Part shown: one piece after another, positions 48,170 through 56,384 of the stretch
Layout: every line of letters starts with the position of its first letter
How positions within the stretch are numbered: position 1 is the stretch's first letter
Virus record (IMG/VR): IMGVR_UViG_3300026116_000006
Source: an uncultured virus (IMG/VR IMGVR_UViG_3300026116_000006)
Taxonomy: Duplodnaviria > Heunggongvirae > Uroviricota > Caudoviricetes
Strand: one strand, 5' to 3'
Length of the DNA stretch: 64,000 nt
Notes under the pieces: generated by a model
The model's database searches: none
Seen by the model: the letters and a program-made list of their open reading frames with translations, nothing else
Told to the model about the DNA's origin: nothing
Position numbers and translations under genes: made by a program

Positions 48170-48532
48170 TTAATCCGTGGTGTGGTGGCCCTTCGGCGGG
48201 GAGCCCGCATGCGCCGAAGAGAGCGGATTGAAGTTCGATCCACCACGCGCCTTGTGCCCCTTGTGCCCGCCCTTGTGAGAGCCGTGAACCTTACCGACGT
48301 GATGAGCATGCTTCAGCTCGTGCATCTTTTCATGATGCTTGTGAGCCCGGCCGCCATGTTTGCGCTTGGCGCGCCCACCGTGCTTCTTCTCTTCGGCTTC
48401 GTCCTCGACCTTGGCCTGATTGTAGCGCTTGGGCTTGTCCTTCAGGTCCTCTTCGAAGGTCTTCTTACCCGACGGCGGATCGCCGCTCGCGGCGCCGCCA
48501 GTCGCATGATGCTTGTGATGCTTGCCCTTCAT
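48170..48532 (-). CDS. His/Lys-rich protein with repeated xxGG motifs
   Basis: HATGGA, KKHGGRA, RKHGGRA, KARGGS. Confidence 0.65.
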   Translation of the reverse strand: MKGKHHKHHATGGAASGDPPSGKKTFEEDLKDKPKRYNQAKVEDEAEEKKHGGRAKRKHGGRAHKHHEKMHELKHAHHVGKVHGSHKGGHKGHKARGGSNFNPLSSAHAGSPPKGHHTTD

Positions 48533-48543
48533 GGCGGCACTCC

Positions 48544-49011
48544 TCAGACGATCTGGTAATACTTGACCGCGACCGTCACGTAGCCGTTTGCAGGCTGCCC
48601 GACGGACGTGATCGTGATGAACAGGGGCCCTGGTATCGGCGCGGCGACACCGAGCACGGACTGTCCCGACATCGCCGCGAGCTGGGCTGCGGTGAGGGTC
48701 GGCGCGATGCGGCCGGTGGCCGCTTTCACGTTCACACCGGACACATAGTCGGTGCCGCCCGATGTGGTACCGATCGACAGCGTCGCGCTTGTGGCGCTAT
48801 CGAAGGCGGTGAGAACGTCGATGTCGAAAGCGCTCAGCCGACAGCCCGGCGGCACGAAGATCTCGACCTCAGTCTTCAAGCCACCCGTGTTGACCGGCAG
48901 ATTGACGAACTGCGCCAGACCAACGGTGCCTTGGTTGTAGGGCGCGTTGGGGTCACCCGGATCTTTGTTCGGGCCGAAGTACCCTGGACCCGACCAGTGC
49001 GAAGCAGCCAT
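48544..49011 (-). CDS. putative capsid decoration protein
   Basis: SHWSGP N-terminus, DVLTAFDS.TSATLSIGT; follows the major capsid gene. Confidence 0.65.
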   Translation of the reverse strand: MAASHWSGPGYFGPNKDPGDPNAPYNQGTVGLAQFVNLPVNTGGLKTEVEIFVPPGCRLSAFDIDVLTAFDSATSATLSIGTTSGGTDYVSGVNVKAATGRIAPTLTAAQLAAMSGQSVLGVAAPIPGPLFITITSVGQPANGYVTVAVKYYQIV

Positions 49012-49060
49012 ATCAGCTCCTGTTGTCGGTGATAAAATCCGCCTGGGACTTCATCACAGA

Positions 49061-49975
49061 TCAGCTCGTCGGGAAGGTCCCCCAGATCGAACGCCAGTTG
49101 TAGTAAGCAAAACTGTAGCGCTCATACCCCTTCACCAGCAGATTGTCGGTGAAGAAATCCACCTGCATGTCGGTCTCGAACGGGATGCGCACCATGTACG
49201 ACAGGCCGTCGATATTGGTGAGCAGGAACCACGCGAAGAACGACGTGAGGAAGTCGTTGACGATGTAACCCTCGGTTAATCCACCTGCGGTTGTAAAAAT
49301 TGCGTTCGTATCATTATCGCTTGTACCGGGGCGCAGCTCCGTCTTGGTCAGTCGGATCGCCACAGGCTCCAGCTCGGGCGGGATGACGAGCTTGCGCGCA
49401 CGCGCGAACTGCTTCAGCCCAGCCTGATCCTTGAAGTTGCGGCGGATCGAGATCATCGCATTGAGCAGCGTCGCCTCGTTGAGGTCGACGTCGGTGCTCG
49501 GGCGATTGGCAATCGTGCCACCATCGATCGGATGGTTGGTGGCCATCAAGGCCACGCCGTCGCCGCCGATGTAGGCGTTGTAGACGTTGCCCGTGTTGAG
49601 CACGTTCGCGCCGTAGATCTCCTTGGTCTGCTGGAAGCTCTCCATCAGGCCGAGGTTCGACGGGTGGAACTGGCTCTTGTAGAGGTTGTCGTCGATCGCC
49701 TTGCGAGTCATCGAGTACCCGAGGCCGATCTCGATGTGCTCTTGATTGTAGATGAAGCGCTCGCCGGCCGCGTTGTCGAACGCGGTCTGGCCGCCTTCGG
49801 TCTTCAGCTGGGCGAGGCCGAGGTAGCGCATCTCGGCAGTGCGCTCGAGAGCCATCTTCGACGTGTGGGTCGTGAAGATCTTGTCGTACTGCGTCGGGAT
49901 CTGCTCGTACTTGCCTTCGATGCCTCGAAGGCCGGGCAGGAGCAGATCGCGGATGGCGGAAAGATTGACGGCCAT
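49061..49975 (-). CDS. major capsid protein
   Basis: LLLPGL, K.EGG...FD, GYSMTRKAIDDNLY, GDGVAL...HP, KLVIPPEL, ERYSF....WR. Confidence 0.85.
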   Translation of the reverse strand: MAVNLSAIRDLLLPGLRGIEGKYEQIPTQYDKIFTTHTSKMALERTAEMRYLGLAQLKTEGGQTAFDNAAGERFIYNQEHIEIGLGYSMTRKAIDDNLYKSQFHPSNLGLMESFQQTKEIYGANVLNTGNVYNAYIGGDGVALMATNHPIDGGTIANRPSTDVDLNEATLLNAMISIRRNFKDQAGLKQFARARKLVIPPELEPVAIRLTKTELRPGTSDNDTNAIFTTAGGLTEGYIVNDFLTSFFAWFLLTNIDGLSYMVRIPFETDMQVDFFTDNLLVKGYERYSFAYYNWRSIWGTFPTS

Positions 49976-49990
49976 GGGTCTTGCTCCTGA

Positions 49991-50620
49991 TTACGAGATA
50001 CCAACCGGCCCGGCGCCGTTGGACCGCATGATCTCGTTGTTGAAACCGACGATGACCCAGTTGAAGGCCGTGGTTGGGTCAGCCCCGTTCGAGCCCGGCG
50101 GATCCGTGACGAGATCGACCACGCGGAAGGGGAAGGTGACGGTGGTGCCGAGCGAGTTGAGGAACGCGCCCGACTGCTGGGTGGAGGCGTTGCCCGTGCC
50201 GATGGCGAACTGGGCGTATTGCATCAGCGGGCTGCTGGTGAAGCTCGACAGCGAACCGGTGATGTTGAAGGTGGTGGAGTTGCCCTGGACCACGAACTGG
50301 GCGTTCGGGTCATCGAGGACATAGGCTTTGACGTCGTTGGTGGCGTCGCTGCCCGGCCAGTAGTTCATCCAGAGCGTGCGCTTCTGGCTGGTCGACAGGT
50401 ACTGGCAACCCGCGAAGATCCCGGCCAGGGTCGTCGTCCCTGGTGCGCCCTGGGTGATGTACCCGTTGGCGGTGCCGATGACCGGCATGACCGGATCGCC
50501 GCGATAGATCGCGGTCGTGTTGCCGGAGGCAATCCGATATTCGTGGGTGGAAAAGCTGCCATCGCCGCCAGAGCCGACGCGATAGCTACGGAAACCGAAG
50601 GGGGCGTTCGTGTTCGCCAC
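49991..50620 (-). CDS. capsid-associated protein
   Basis: GTG start (MANTNAPFGFR) with GAGGAG RBS; IY.GDPV, GIF.GC.Y, DDPN..F.VQ. Confidence 0.75.
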   Translation of the reverse strand: MANTNAPFGFRSYRVGSGGDGSFSTHEYRIASGNTTAIYRGDPVMPVIGTANGYITQGAPGTTTLAGIFAGCQYLSTSQKRTLWMNYWPGSDATNDVKAYVLDDPNAQFVVQGNSTTFNITGSLSSFTSSPLMQYAQFAIGTGNASTQQSGAFLNSLGTTVTFPFRVVDLVTDPPGSNGADPTTAFNWVIVGFNNEIMRSNGAGPVGIS

Positions 50621-50626
50621 GATCCA

Positions 50627-50699
50627 CTCCTCACTGAGGAGCATCGTGGCCGCACACCGGGGCGCCTTGATGCAGTAAAGGCTCCACGCCGGGGGAGCC
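50627..50699 (-). promoter_or_regulatory. structured 5' leader: two hairpins with CCCGGYGT loops plus an RBS-sequestering hairpin
   Basis: GGCTCC-CCCGGCGT-GGAGCC; GCATC..GGCGC-CCCGGTGT-GCGGCC..GATGC; CTCCTC-AGT-GAGGAG. Confidence 0.55.
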
Positions 50700-50721
50700 G
50701 AACGGGCGGATTTAGCTCAGA

Positions 50722-50919
50722 TCACTTCGTTCTTGTCAACTTTGTGAGTTTCAGCGTTGCGCGCAGGAGCTTCAAAACGCGCGGCGGGGCGCCGTTTTTC
50801 TCCCACCGCCAGACCGTGACCCGGTCGACGTCGAGCGATTGCTGAACCGCTCGACGCCATCCGGTGGCACCGTAAAGCTCGATTGCGAGCTGCCGGAACT
50901 CGTTCCGGCCTAATGCCAT
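50722..50919 (-). CDS. small Cro/XRE-like HTH protein
   Basis: 65 aa, WRRAVQQSLDVDRVTVWRWEK; starts 1 nt after the TROVE stop. Confidence 0.75.
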   Translation of the reverse strand: MALGRNEFRQLAIELYGATGWRRAVQQSLDVDRVTVWRWEKNGAPPRVLKLLRATLKLTKLTRTK

Positions 50920-50920
50920 G

Positions 50921-52333
50921 TTAGCGGGCCTCCACCTCACGCAGGTAAGTGAAAATCCCCTCGGAGAAACCGTCGATATGGATCCACTGCTCACCGTAAC
51001 CAACGCCGTTCTGCGCCGATGCAACGTTGATCATATAGGCTGAGCCGTGGAACTTCGACGGCATCGCGCCAAGATGCGCCTGCTCATCCGTGATCACCAC
51101 CAAGCGGTCATAGCGATACTGCTTGTTGGCCTTCGCAAGCGCCTGGGCGAGATAGGTTCCACCATGGCTCTGCGAACCGATGATCGCCTCGACCCCCGCC
51201 ATCCCGCGCCGAGGCGGCACCTCGACGATGCTGTTGGAGAACGAGCAGATCGTGACGTCGCCGGGGAACACTGCCGCCAGCGTGGCCGCCGCGTCCATGC
51301 GGGTCATGTCGGACTTACCCGAGAGCTTCTCCTTCATCGACCCAGACACATCGACCAGGATCAACGTATGCCCACGAAACTCGGGCATCTCGTCAATCGA
51401 CGCCAGCAATGCCTTGTCGAGATGACGCTCGAAAGTCGGTGCTGCACGCGCCGCCGCGATGTAGCGGAACGGCAGCACCCACTGCGCCCCCTTGCGCGCC
51501 TGGATCGCCGCAATCACGAGATCACGATCGACCCCCGCCTCATGCATGTTGCGCAGGTTGCGCAGCAGCGCAAGGTAGCCGAGCTTCTCCTCCTCGAGGA
51601 GCCGCGTAAACGTCGCCTTCTTATCCTTCCCGGCCGACAGGTTCGTCTCCCAGGTATCCGGGATCTCCAGGCCCGGCTCACCCTTGAGGCGCAACGAACG
51701 GATCGAGAAGCCGCTCTTCAGCTTCTTCGGGAAGAACGTCTTGTTCACCAGCTTGGCGAACATGACCGCCTGCTCGCGATCCTCCGGCTTGGTATGGCTG
51801 AGGAAGATCACGTCGCGCAGCTTGACCGGCGTGTCGCGATTGTACTTCGCGAGCTGATAGGCATCGAAGCGCTTGATCGCGGCATTGAGGCCAAGCTTCA
51901 GCTGCTTGGACAGCATCCGACGACCGTCGCTCTTCGGATTGAACTTCCAGTACATCGCCACCAGCTCGCTGATCTCGTCGGCGCGCCGCACGACCTGAGC
52001 GATCGTGTTGGAGGCGAGATTGCTGAAGCCCTGACCACGGGCGCGCTTGATCAACGTCACCAGCAGAAGCAACGGCACATGGCGCAGCTTGAACTGCACG
52101 CGCGCCTGGATGGCCATCGCCGCGAGGTCGCGCGGATCGACCTTCTCGGCCAGACGCTGGATACGCTTGGCGATCTCCTCGCCGTCCTCATAGAACTCAT
52201 CCTCCCACAGGAGGCAGCTCATGACGGAGCGCTTCAGCTGATCCTTGAAATTGATGGCGACAGCGTGCGCACCCTCATGCGTGCGCAGGTTCGAACGGGC
52301 GGCCCAGCCACCCGACACATTGAGCCGAGACAT
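50921..52333 (-). CDS. rsr: Ro60/TROVE-domain RNA-binding protein (Rsr-like) with vWA domain
   Basis: SCLLWEDEFYE, LRHVP, RRADE, FDAYQLAKY, TWET.LS, ALLRNLRN, LPFRY, MIDAS VDVSGSM, VITDEQ, GFSE; ATG 52333 has a GAGGAG RBS. Confidence 0.95.
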   Translation of the reverse strand: MSRLNVSGGWAARSNLRTHEGAHAVAINFKDQLKRSVMSCLLWEDEFYEDGEEIAKRIQRLAEKVDPRDLAAMAIQARVQFKLRHVPLLLLVTLIKRARGQGFSNLASNTIAQVVRRADEISELVAMYWKFNPKSDGRRMLSKQLKLGLNAAIKRFDAYQLAKYNRDTPVKLRDVIFLSHTKPEDREQAVMFAKLVNKTFFPKKLKSGFSIRSLRLKGEPGLEIPDTWETNLSAGKDKKATFTRLLEEEKLGYLALLRNLRNMHEAGVDRDLVIAAIQARKGAQWVLPFRYIAAARAAPTFERHLDKALLASIDEMPEFRGHTLILVDVSGSMKEKLSGKSDMTRMDAAATLAAVFPGDVTICSFSNSIVEVPPRRGMAGVEAIIGSQSHGGTYLAQALAKANKQYRYDRLVVITDEQAHLGAMPSKFHGSAYMINVASAQNGVGYGEQWIHIDGFSEGIFTYLREVEAR

Positions 52334-52360
52334 GGTCTTTCTCCTCGTGACAACGACGAA

Positions 52361-52489
52361 ATCGGGCAACAGGGTGAAACGGCAACGTAGGCGCTCTATC
52401 CGCTGAGCTACGGATCTCACGACCCGGAGGGATTCGAACCCCCGACCTCCCGCTTACAAGGCGAAGTAACCGTCGCTAACAGCACCGAC
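52361..52489 (-). ncRNA. Y RNA 1 (YrlA-like), permuted tRNA mimic with Thr(UGU)-like anticodon arm
   Basis: GGTGCTGT..CGGTTACTTC / TGTTGCCC frame; TTCGC-CTTGTAA-GCGGG, T arm GGGGG-TTCGAAT-CCCTC, CGGGTC-GTGA-GATCCG, D arm TAGCTCAGCGGATAGAGC. Confidence 0.85.
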
Positions 52490-52518
52490 ATTACGCAACG
52501 CGAACGCAAGACATCGAT

Positions 52519-52652
52519 ATGGGCAACAGACGAAACCGGTATGAAGGTTGGACTCGAACCAACGACCTCCGGGCTATCGACCCGGCGCTCTACCGCTGAG
52601 CTACTCGCCCTGTAGTGTGGTGAGCGAAGTAACCGATCTCTGACAGCACCAT
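52519..52652 (-). ncRNA. Y RNA 2, tRNA mimic with a different permutation point
   Basis: Same outer frame; TTCGCTC-ACCA..GGGCGAG acceptor-like hairpin, D arm TAGCTCAGCGGTAGAGC, CCGGG-TCGATAG-CCCGG, T arm GTTGG-TTCGAGT-CCAAC. Confidence 0.8.
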
Positions 52653-52663
52653 CTTTACCTCAC

Positions 52664-52748
52664 GCCTGGGCAACAAGCGCTTGCGGTTTGGACCGAAGTC
52701 CATCGTTCAACCAATGTACGAAGTAACCGCTTGCAAACAGCACCAAGC
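52664..52748 (-). ncRNA. Y RNA 3, short form without tRNA-like domain
   Basis: GGTGCTGT..CGGTTACTTC..AACCGC..TGTTGCCC with a GGAC-TTCG-GTCC hairpin. Confidence 0.75.
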
Positions 52749-52754
52749 CCGGCG

Positions 52755-52786
52755 CTTGTAGAAGGCTCTGTTGCAATTTGCAACAG
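52755..52786 (-). promoter_or_regulatory. promoter of the Y RNA-Ro cassette overlapped by a perfect palindrome
   Basis: TTGCAA-N17-TACAAG, predicted start about 52748; CTGTTGCAA-T-TTGCAACAG at 52768-52786. Confidence 0.6.
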
Positions 52787-52792
52787 CCGATT

Positions 52793-52826
52793 TCAAAGAA
52801 AATGCGGCGCCTGACAGCGCCGCATT
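52793..52826 (-). terminator. intrinsic terminator insulating the cassette
   Basis: AATGCGGCGC/GCGCCGCATT 10-bp stem followed by TTCTTT on the minus strand. Confidence 0.75.
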
Positions 52827-52862
52827 CCCTGGCAAGCAAGTCGTCAAACCCGCGCAGTCGGT

Positions 52863-53534
52863 CTACGCATCGGGCACTATAAGCGGCTCATACCCTCGTT
52901 TGACAAGAGGCATGTTCTTGGGGTGCTGGTCGCGCGGGAAATGGCCCGGCGGAGCCGCGCGGATCTGCTCGCTCTTGACCCGCACCTGCTCGATCGCCTT
53001 GCGCTGTTCCTTCTTGACCAGGATCTCGTAAACCTCTTCCGGCACTTCCATCAGGATCATGCCGTCGCGCTCGATCGTGATGTAGGGACCACCGGTCGAC
53101 GGCATCATTTCGGGGTGACGCTCGGCCGGCACCACGGTCCAGCCAGTCTGGGCAATCTTGACCATGTATTGCGGGTCTTCCTTGCCGTAGACCGACTTGC
53201 GCCGCCAGAGATACTTCCAACCCTCGGGAATGATCTCGGGCGGGATGTAGTATTTGTCGTCTTCGTCCGAGCCGATGTCGTGCTCGAGGATCTCGGCTGC
53301 GCGCAGACGAGCGCGTGCCTTGCTCTCGTCGGCGTCGATCGATTGTCGCCGCGCGGAGCGCTTGATCTCGGGCGCTTGCTCGGCAGCCGGTGGGGGCGGC
53401 GGTGGTGTAGCCCGGCGCCCGCGCGGTGCGGGTGTCTGAGCTGCCGCCCCAAGACCTGAGCCCTGAGGCGCCTCGTCCATCGTGGGAACCTGCGGCGCCT
53501 GGACGTGAGAGCGCCTTCTGCGACGTTCAGCCAT
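52863..53534 (-). CDS. conserved head-module protein
   Basis: IPEGWKY.WRR.SVYG.ED, GW..VPA.RHPE, I.RDGMILME.P. Confidence 0.75.
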   Translation of the reverse strand: MAERRRRRSHVQAPQVPTMDEAPQGSGLGAAAQTPAPRGRRATPPPPPPAAEQAPEIKRSARRQSIDADESKARARLRAAEILEHDIGSDEDDKYYIPPEIIPEGWKYLWRRKSVYGKEDPQYMVKIAQTGWTVVPAERHPEMMPSTGGPYITIERDGMILMEVPEEVYEILVKKEQRKAIEQVRVKSEQIRAAPPGHFPRDQHPKNMPLVKRGYEPLIVPDA

Positions 53535-53545
53535 GACTGCTCTCC

Positions 53546-54646
53546 TCAGTGCATGCGGTTGCGATTGGACGCGCGCGGGCCGATGCGGTCCTCCTTGAGG
53601 AGCGCTCGCTTGTTGCGCGCGTATTCCTGCGGCGAAAGGCCAGATGCCTCAGCCATCTCGATCTCGGCCGCACTCAGACGCACCTGTCGACCGGTGTCGC
53701 GATCTGCGCCGCCCACACCTCGACCATTACGCGACGGCGGAGCCGCTGCCGGAGGACGATCATCGTCGTCTTCGTCGATGCTCTGCCGGCGACGACCACG
53801 CGATGCCGTCGAACGGTTATCGTCGTCCTCATCGTCGTCAGCTCCACCCCCAGAGTTGCCTGTACGGGTGTCCCGATCGAATTTTGGGTCGTCGAGGAGG
53901 TCTTCCACCGCTTCGAAATATTCCGGTGAATTGATCGTGGGACGATCCTTGCGCCGGGTCATGACGATGTTGTGGGCCGCGATCACGCGCTGCAGCAGCT
54001 CATCGTCGCGATAGTATTCAGGATTGTCCCTGAGCCATTGCTTGGCCGCGGGGTGCATGTCCTTGGTGATCTGCGCAAAGCGGTTCTCGTCGCTCGGATT
54101 TTCACCACGCCTGCGCAACGCTTCGCGCTGCTTGGGGGCATTTTCGAGCGCCAGGATCCCATTCTCGATCACGTTGGTGTCGGCGCTATTCTTGATCATC
54201 GCCGCCTGGACGTCGGCGATTTTCTGGAAATCACCTTCGGCATGCGCCTGGGCCAGCTCGGCGGTCATCGCTTTTCGCGCTTCCTGGAGTCGCTCCTGCG
54301 TGCCTTTGAGCATGTTGAGATCGGCCTGCGTCTTGGCATCGAGCGCTTCGGCGCGGCCACCTTCGGCCTCCGCGACGCGACGCTCGGCCTGCTCGGCCCG
54401 CCGATTGGCACGTTCGAGATCTCGCCGCATCTTGGCGAGGTCGTTCGTGTCCTGTTCAGAGATATCGTTGTCCGACGCGTCGTCAGTGTCGGTACCGGCA
54501 CGCGCCGTGTCTAACGCCTTCTCGACATCTGCCTCGAGCTTCTTGGCGTTGGTCCCGCGACCGGTGTTGCCACGTTGGTCTTGGGTTCTCGGTTCTTTAT
54601 CGTCGTCATCTGGCAGTGTGATGACCGTGTCCCCGCGGTCTGCCAT
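53546..54646 (-). CDS. putative capsid scaffolding protein
   Basis: Coiled-coil and acidic; W..DNPEY, SPEYFE.V; C-terminal VRLS..E.EMA...GLS..EYA. Confidence 0.75.
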   Translation of the reverse strand: MADRGDTVITLPDDDDKEPRTQDQRGNTGRGTNAKKLEADVEKALDTARAGTDTDDASDNDISEQDTNDLAKMRRDLERANRRAEQAERRVAEAEGGRAEALDAKTQADLNMLKGTQERLQEARKAMTAELAQAHAEGDFQKIADVQAAMIKNSADTNVIENGILALENAPKQREALRRRGENPSDENRFAQITKDMHPAAKQWLRDNPEYYRDDELLQRVIAAHNIVMTRRKDRPTINSPEYFEAVEDLLDDPKFDRDTRTGNSGGGADDDEDDDNRSTASRGRRRQSIDEDDDDRPPAAAPPSRNGRGVGGADRDTGRQVRLSAAEIEMAEASGLSPQEYARNKRALLKEDRIGPRASNRNRMH

Positions 54647-54656
54647 GTGCCTCCTA

Positions 54657-55133
54657 TCACCAGATCGTATCAGGAGCTGGTATTGCCATGTGAATGCTCT
54701 TCTCGTTGACCATGCGGCAGAGCACACCATTCACCTTGAGTGCCCAACCGTCCGAAGCGCGCACCGCTATCCATTGGCCCGGTTCAAGTTTTGCGCCGCG
54801 CGATTCATGCTCGTCATTGACCATCGGCCCGACCTTGATGATCAGTCCGACCTTGCCCTGGTACTCGTCTTCGCCCGTGGTGTTGTCGGTGAGATGGATG
54901 CCGCCCTTCGTCACCTTCGGCCGCTCGTAGATCGCGTAAAGCACGTAGGTGTTGAAGACATGGATCTTCCCGATGTCGCCCAGCTTCTCGAGCAGCAGCT
55001 CGGCCGGATCCTGGTCGTGCTGCATCCGCATACCCATGGGCTTGCGCGTGCCTGCGCGCTTGAGATTGCCCTGCAGATGCGTGCCGGTCTTCGGGAAGGG
55101 TGTCACGTTAGCGGCGGCGGTTTTTCTCGGCAT
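54657..55133 (-). CDS. GroES/Cpn10-like co-chaperonin
   Basis: KVTKGGIHL...GKVGLIIKVGP...CRMVNE; start may be 55037. Confidence 0.8.
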   Translation of the reverse strand: MPRKTAAANVTPFPKTGTHLQGNLKRAGTRKPMGMRMQHDQDPAELLLEKLGDIGKIHVFNTYVLYAIYERPKVTKGGIHLTDNTTGEDEYQGKVGLIIKVGPMVNDEHESRGAKLEPGQWIAVRASDGWALKVNGVLCRMVNEKSIHMAIPAPDTIW

Positions 55134-55347
55134 CTTCTCCTCGTCCTGCCGTTTGAAGTTCAGAGACGCTCTCGTCGAGTGCCTCGAGTGCATCCTGCAG
55201 CCCCTTGATGATGCCGCAGTGGTATTTGTACGCAGCGAAGTCGGGCATCATGCCGTCAGAGACGGAGACGCCTTTCTCATTGATGAGCTTCCTGACCTTG
55301 CGCTTGAAATGATCCTCGAGCGCTTCGTTGAAGGTGATTGCGGCCAT
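55108..55347 (-). CDS. small conserved head-module protein
   Basis: DFAAYKY.CG.IKGL..ALE. Confidence 0.7.
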   Translation of the reverse strand: MAAITFNEALEDHFKRKVRKLINEKGVSVSDGMMPDFAAYKYHCGIIKGLQDALEALDESVSELQTAGRGEDAEKNRRR

Positions 55348-55436
55348 GCGTTAGGTGGGGCCGCGCCACGAGGAGGCAGCGCGGCCCCTTTCGCGTCGGC
55401 CCTCTCGGCATGAGAAGGCGCTGCCGCCGCGAACCA

Positions 55437-56384
55437 TCAAGTCCTCTGGTGCTCGCCATAACGGCGCGCCTTCTCGAGACGCCCGAGGCCGGATCCCGCG
55501 CCAGCATGCATCTTGACCATGCCCCCGCGCTTACGGCCCGGCAGGCCGGGTGGCGGCATCGGTGGCTTGCCGCCAGCCATGCTGGGCGGCGGCATGGGTG
55601 GACCGCCTGGACCACCCGGAGGTCCGCCCATCCCAGGGGGTGGGCCTGGAGGCGGCCCAGGAGGCGGACCAGGGGGAGGGGTGGGTGGTCGTGTGATAGC
55701 GCTGGGCGGCGGCATGGGAGGCATGGCGCCCGGCTGGTTGCCGACATTGATGTTGATCGTGGTCGATCCCTTTTTCTTCGCCCGGCCGCCTTCGGCACGG
55801 TGAGCGCGACCGCCTCGAGCTTTGTCGTCGGGGTTTTTCGACATCTCGCGCCAATCGAAATCCTGGCGCCCGCTGCTCTTGGAGACCGTCCCGCCGCCTT
55901 CGCGCGCGATGCGACCGCCGGTCGGGCGCGTGCCCTCGACATAGCCATCGCCTGACTTGTTGCCGGTGCGCGCGTGGCCGCCGCGGGCGCGCTTCTCGCG
56001 GCAATCACCGACCATCTTGTGGATCAGCTTGCGGTCCTCGGCTTCGTCAGCATGTTTGGCGCGACCGCCCTTGTTCAGGAACGAGCTGTGCTGGACCGGG
56101 CCTTCGTTGAAGCGCGCGGAGGGCACGCCGCCATCGACGTAGCCGCCACGGGCTTTCTTGTCCCGTCGCATCGGGCCGCGATCGCCCTGGATCCGACCGC
56201 CAGCCTTGTAGATCATCGGCCGCACGCCCTTCAGGGTTTGCGGATTGTAGACCTTCTTGCCGGCATTGAGAGATTCGGGAGGGGACCAGTCGCTCGCATC
56301 GACGTGCTGATGCGGATCGGCGGTCGTGAGACGCTTGGCTTTGGCGCGCATGTCGCTGCGCGCCTTCTTCGACATTTCACTCAT
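55437..56384 (-). CDS. basic, Pro-rich late protein with about ten xxGG motifs
   Basis: YKAGGRI, KARGGYV, RARGGHA, RAEGGRA, RKRGGMV; poly-Pro tract. Confidence 0.7.
   Translation of the reverse strand: MSEMSKKARSDMRAKAKRLTTADPHQHVDASDWSPPESLNAGKKVYNPQTLKGVRPMIYKAGGRIQGDRGPMRRDKKARGGYVDGGVPSARFNEGPVQHSSFLNKGGRAKHADEAEDRKLIHKMVGDCREKRARGGHARTGNKSGDGYVEGTRPTGGRIAREGGGTVSKSSGRQDFDWREMSKNPDDKARGGRAHRAEGGRAKKKGSTTININVGNQPGAMPPMPPPSAITRPPTPPPGPPPGPPPGPPPGMGGPPGGPGGPPMPPPSMAGGKPPMPPPGLPGRKRGGMVKMHAGAGSGLGRLEKARRYGEHQRT

Noticed and set aside
52334..52420. Longer TROVE N-terminus given by the ORF track
   Set aside because: It overlaps Y RNA 1; ATG 52333 has a clear GAGGAG RBS
52390..52615. Two ordinary tRNA genes (Thr-TGT, Ile-GAT)
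   Set aside because: The arms are permuted, neither has a colinear acceptor stem with a free 3' end, and both sit in a shared Y-RNA-like frame beside a TROVE gene
52361..52748. CRISPR-like array from the three repeated motifs
   Set aside because: The repeats are split, degenerate and enclose structured RNA; no cas operon, and the DUF2800 nuclease belongs to the replication module
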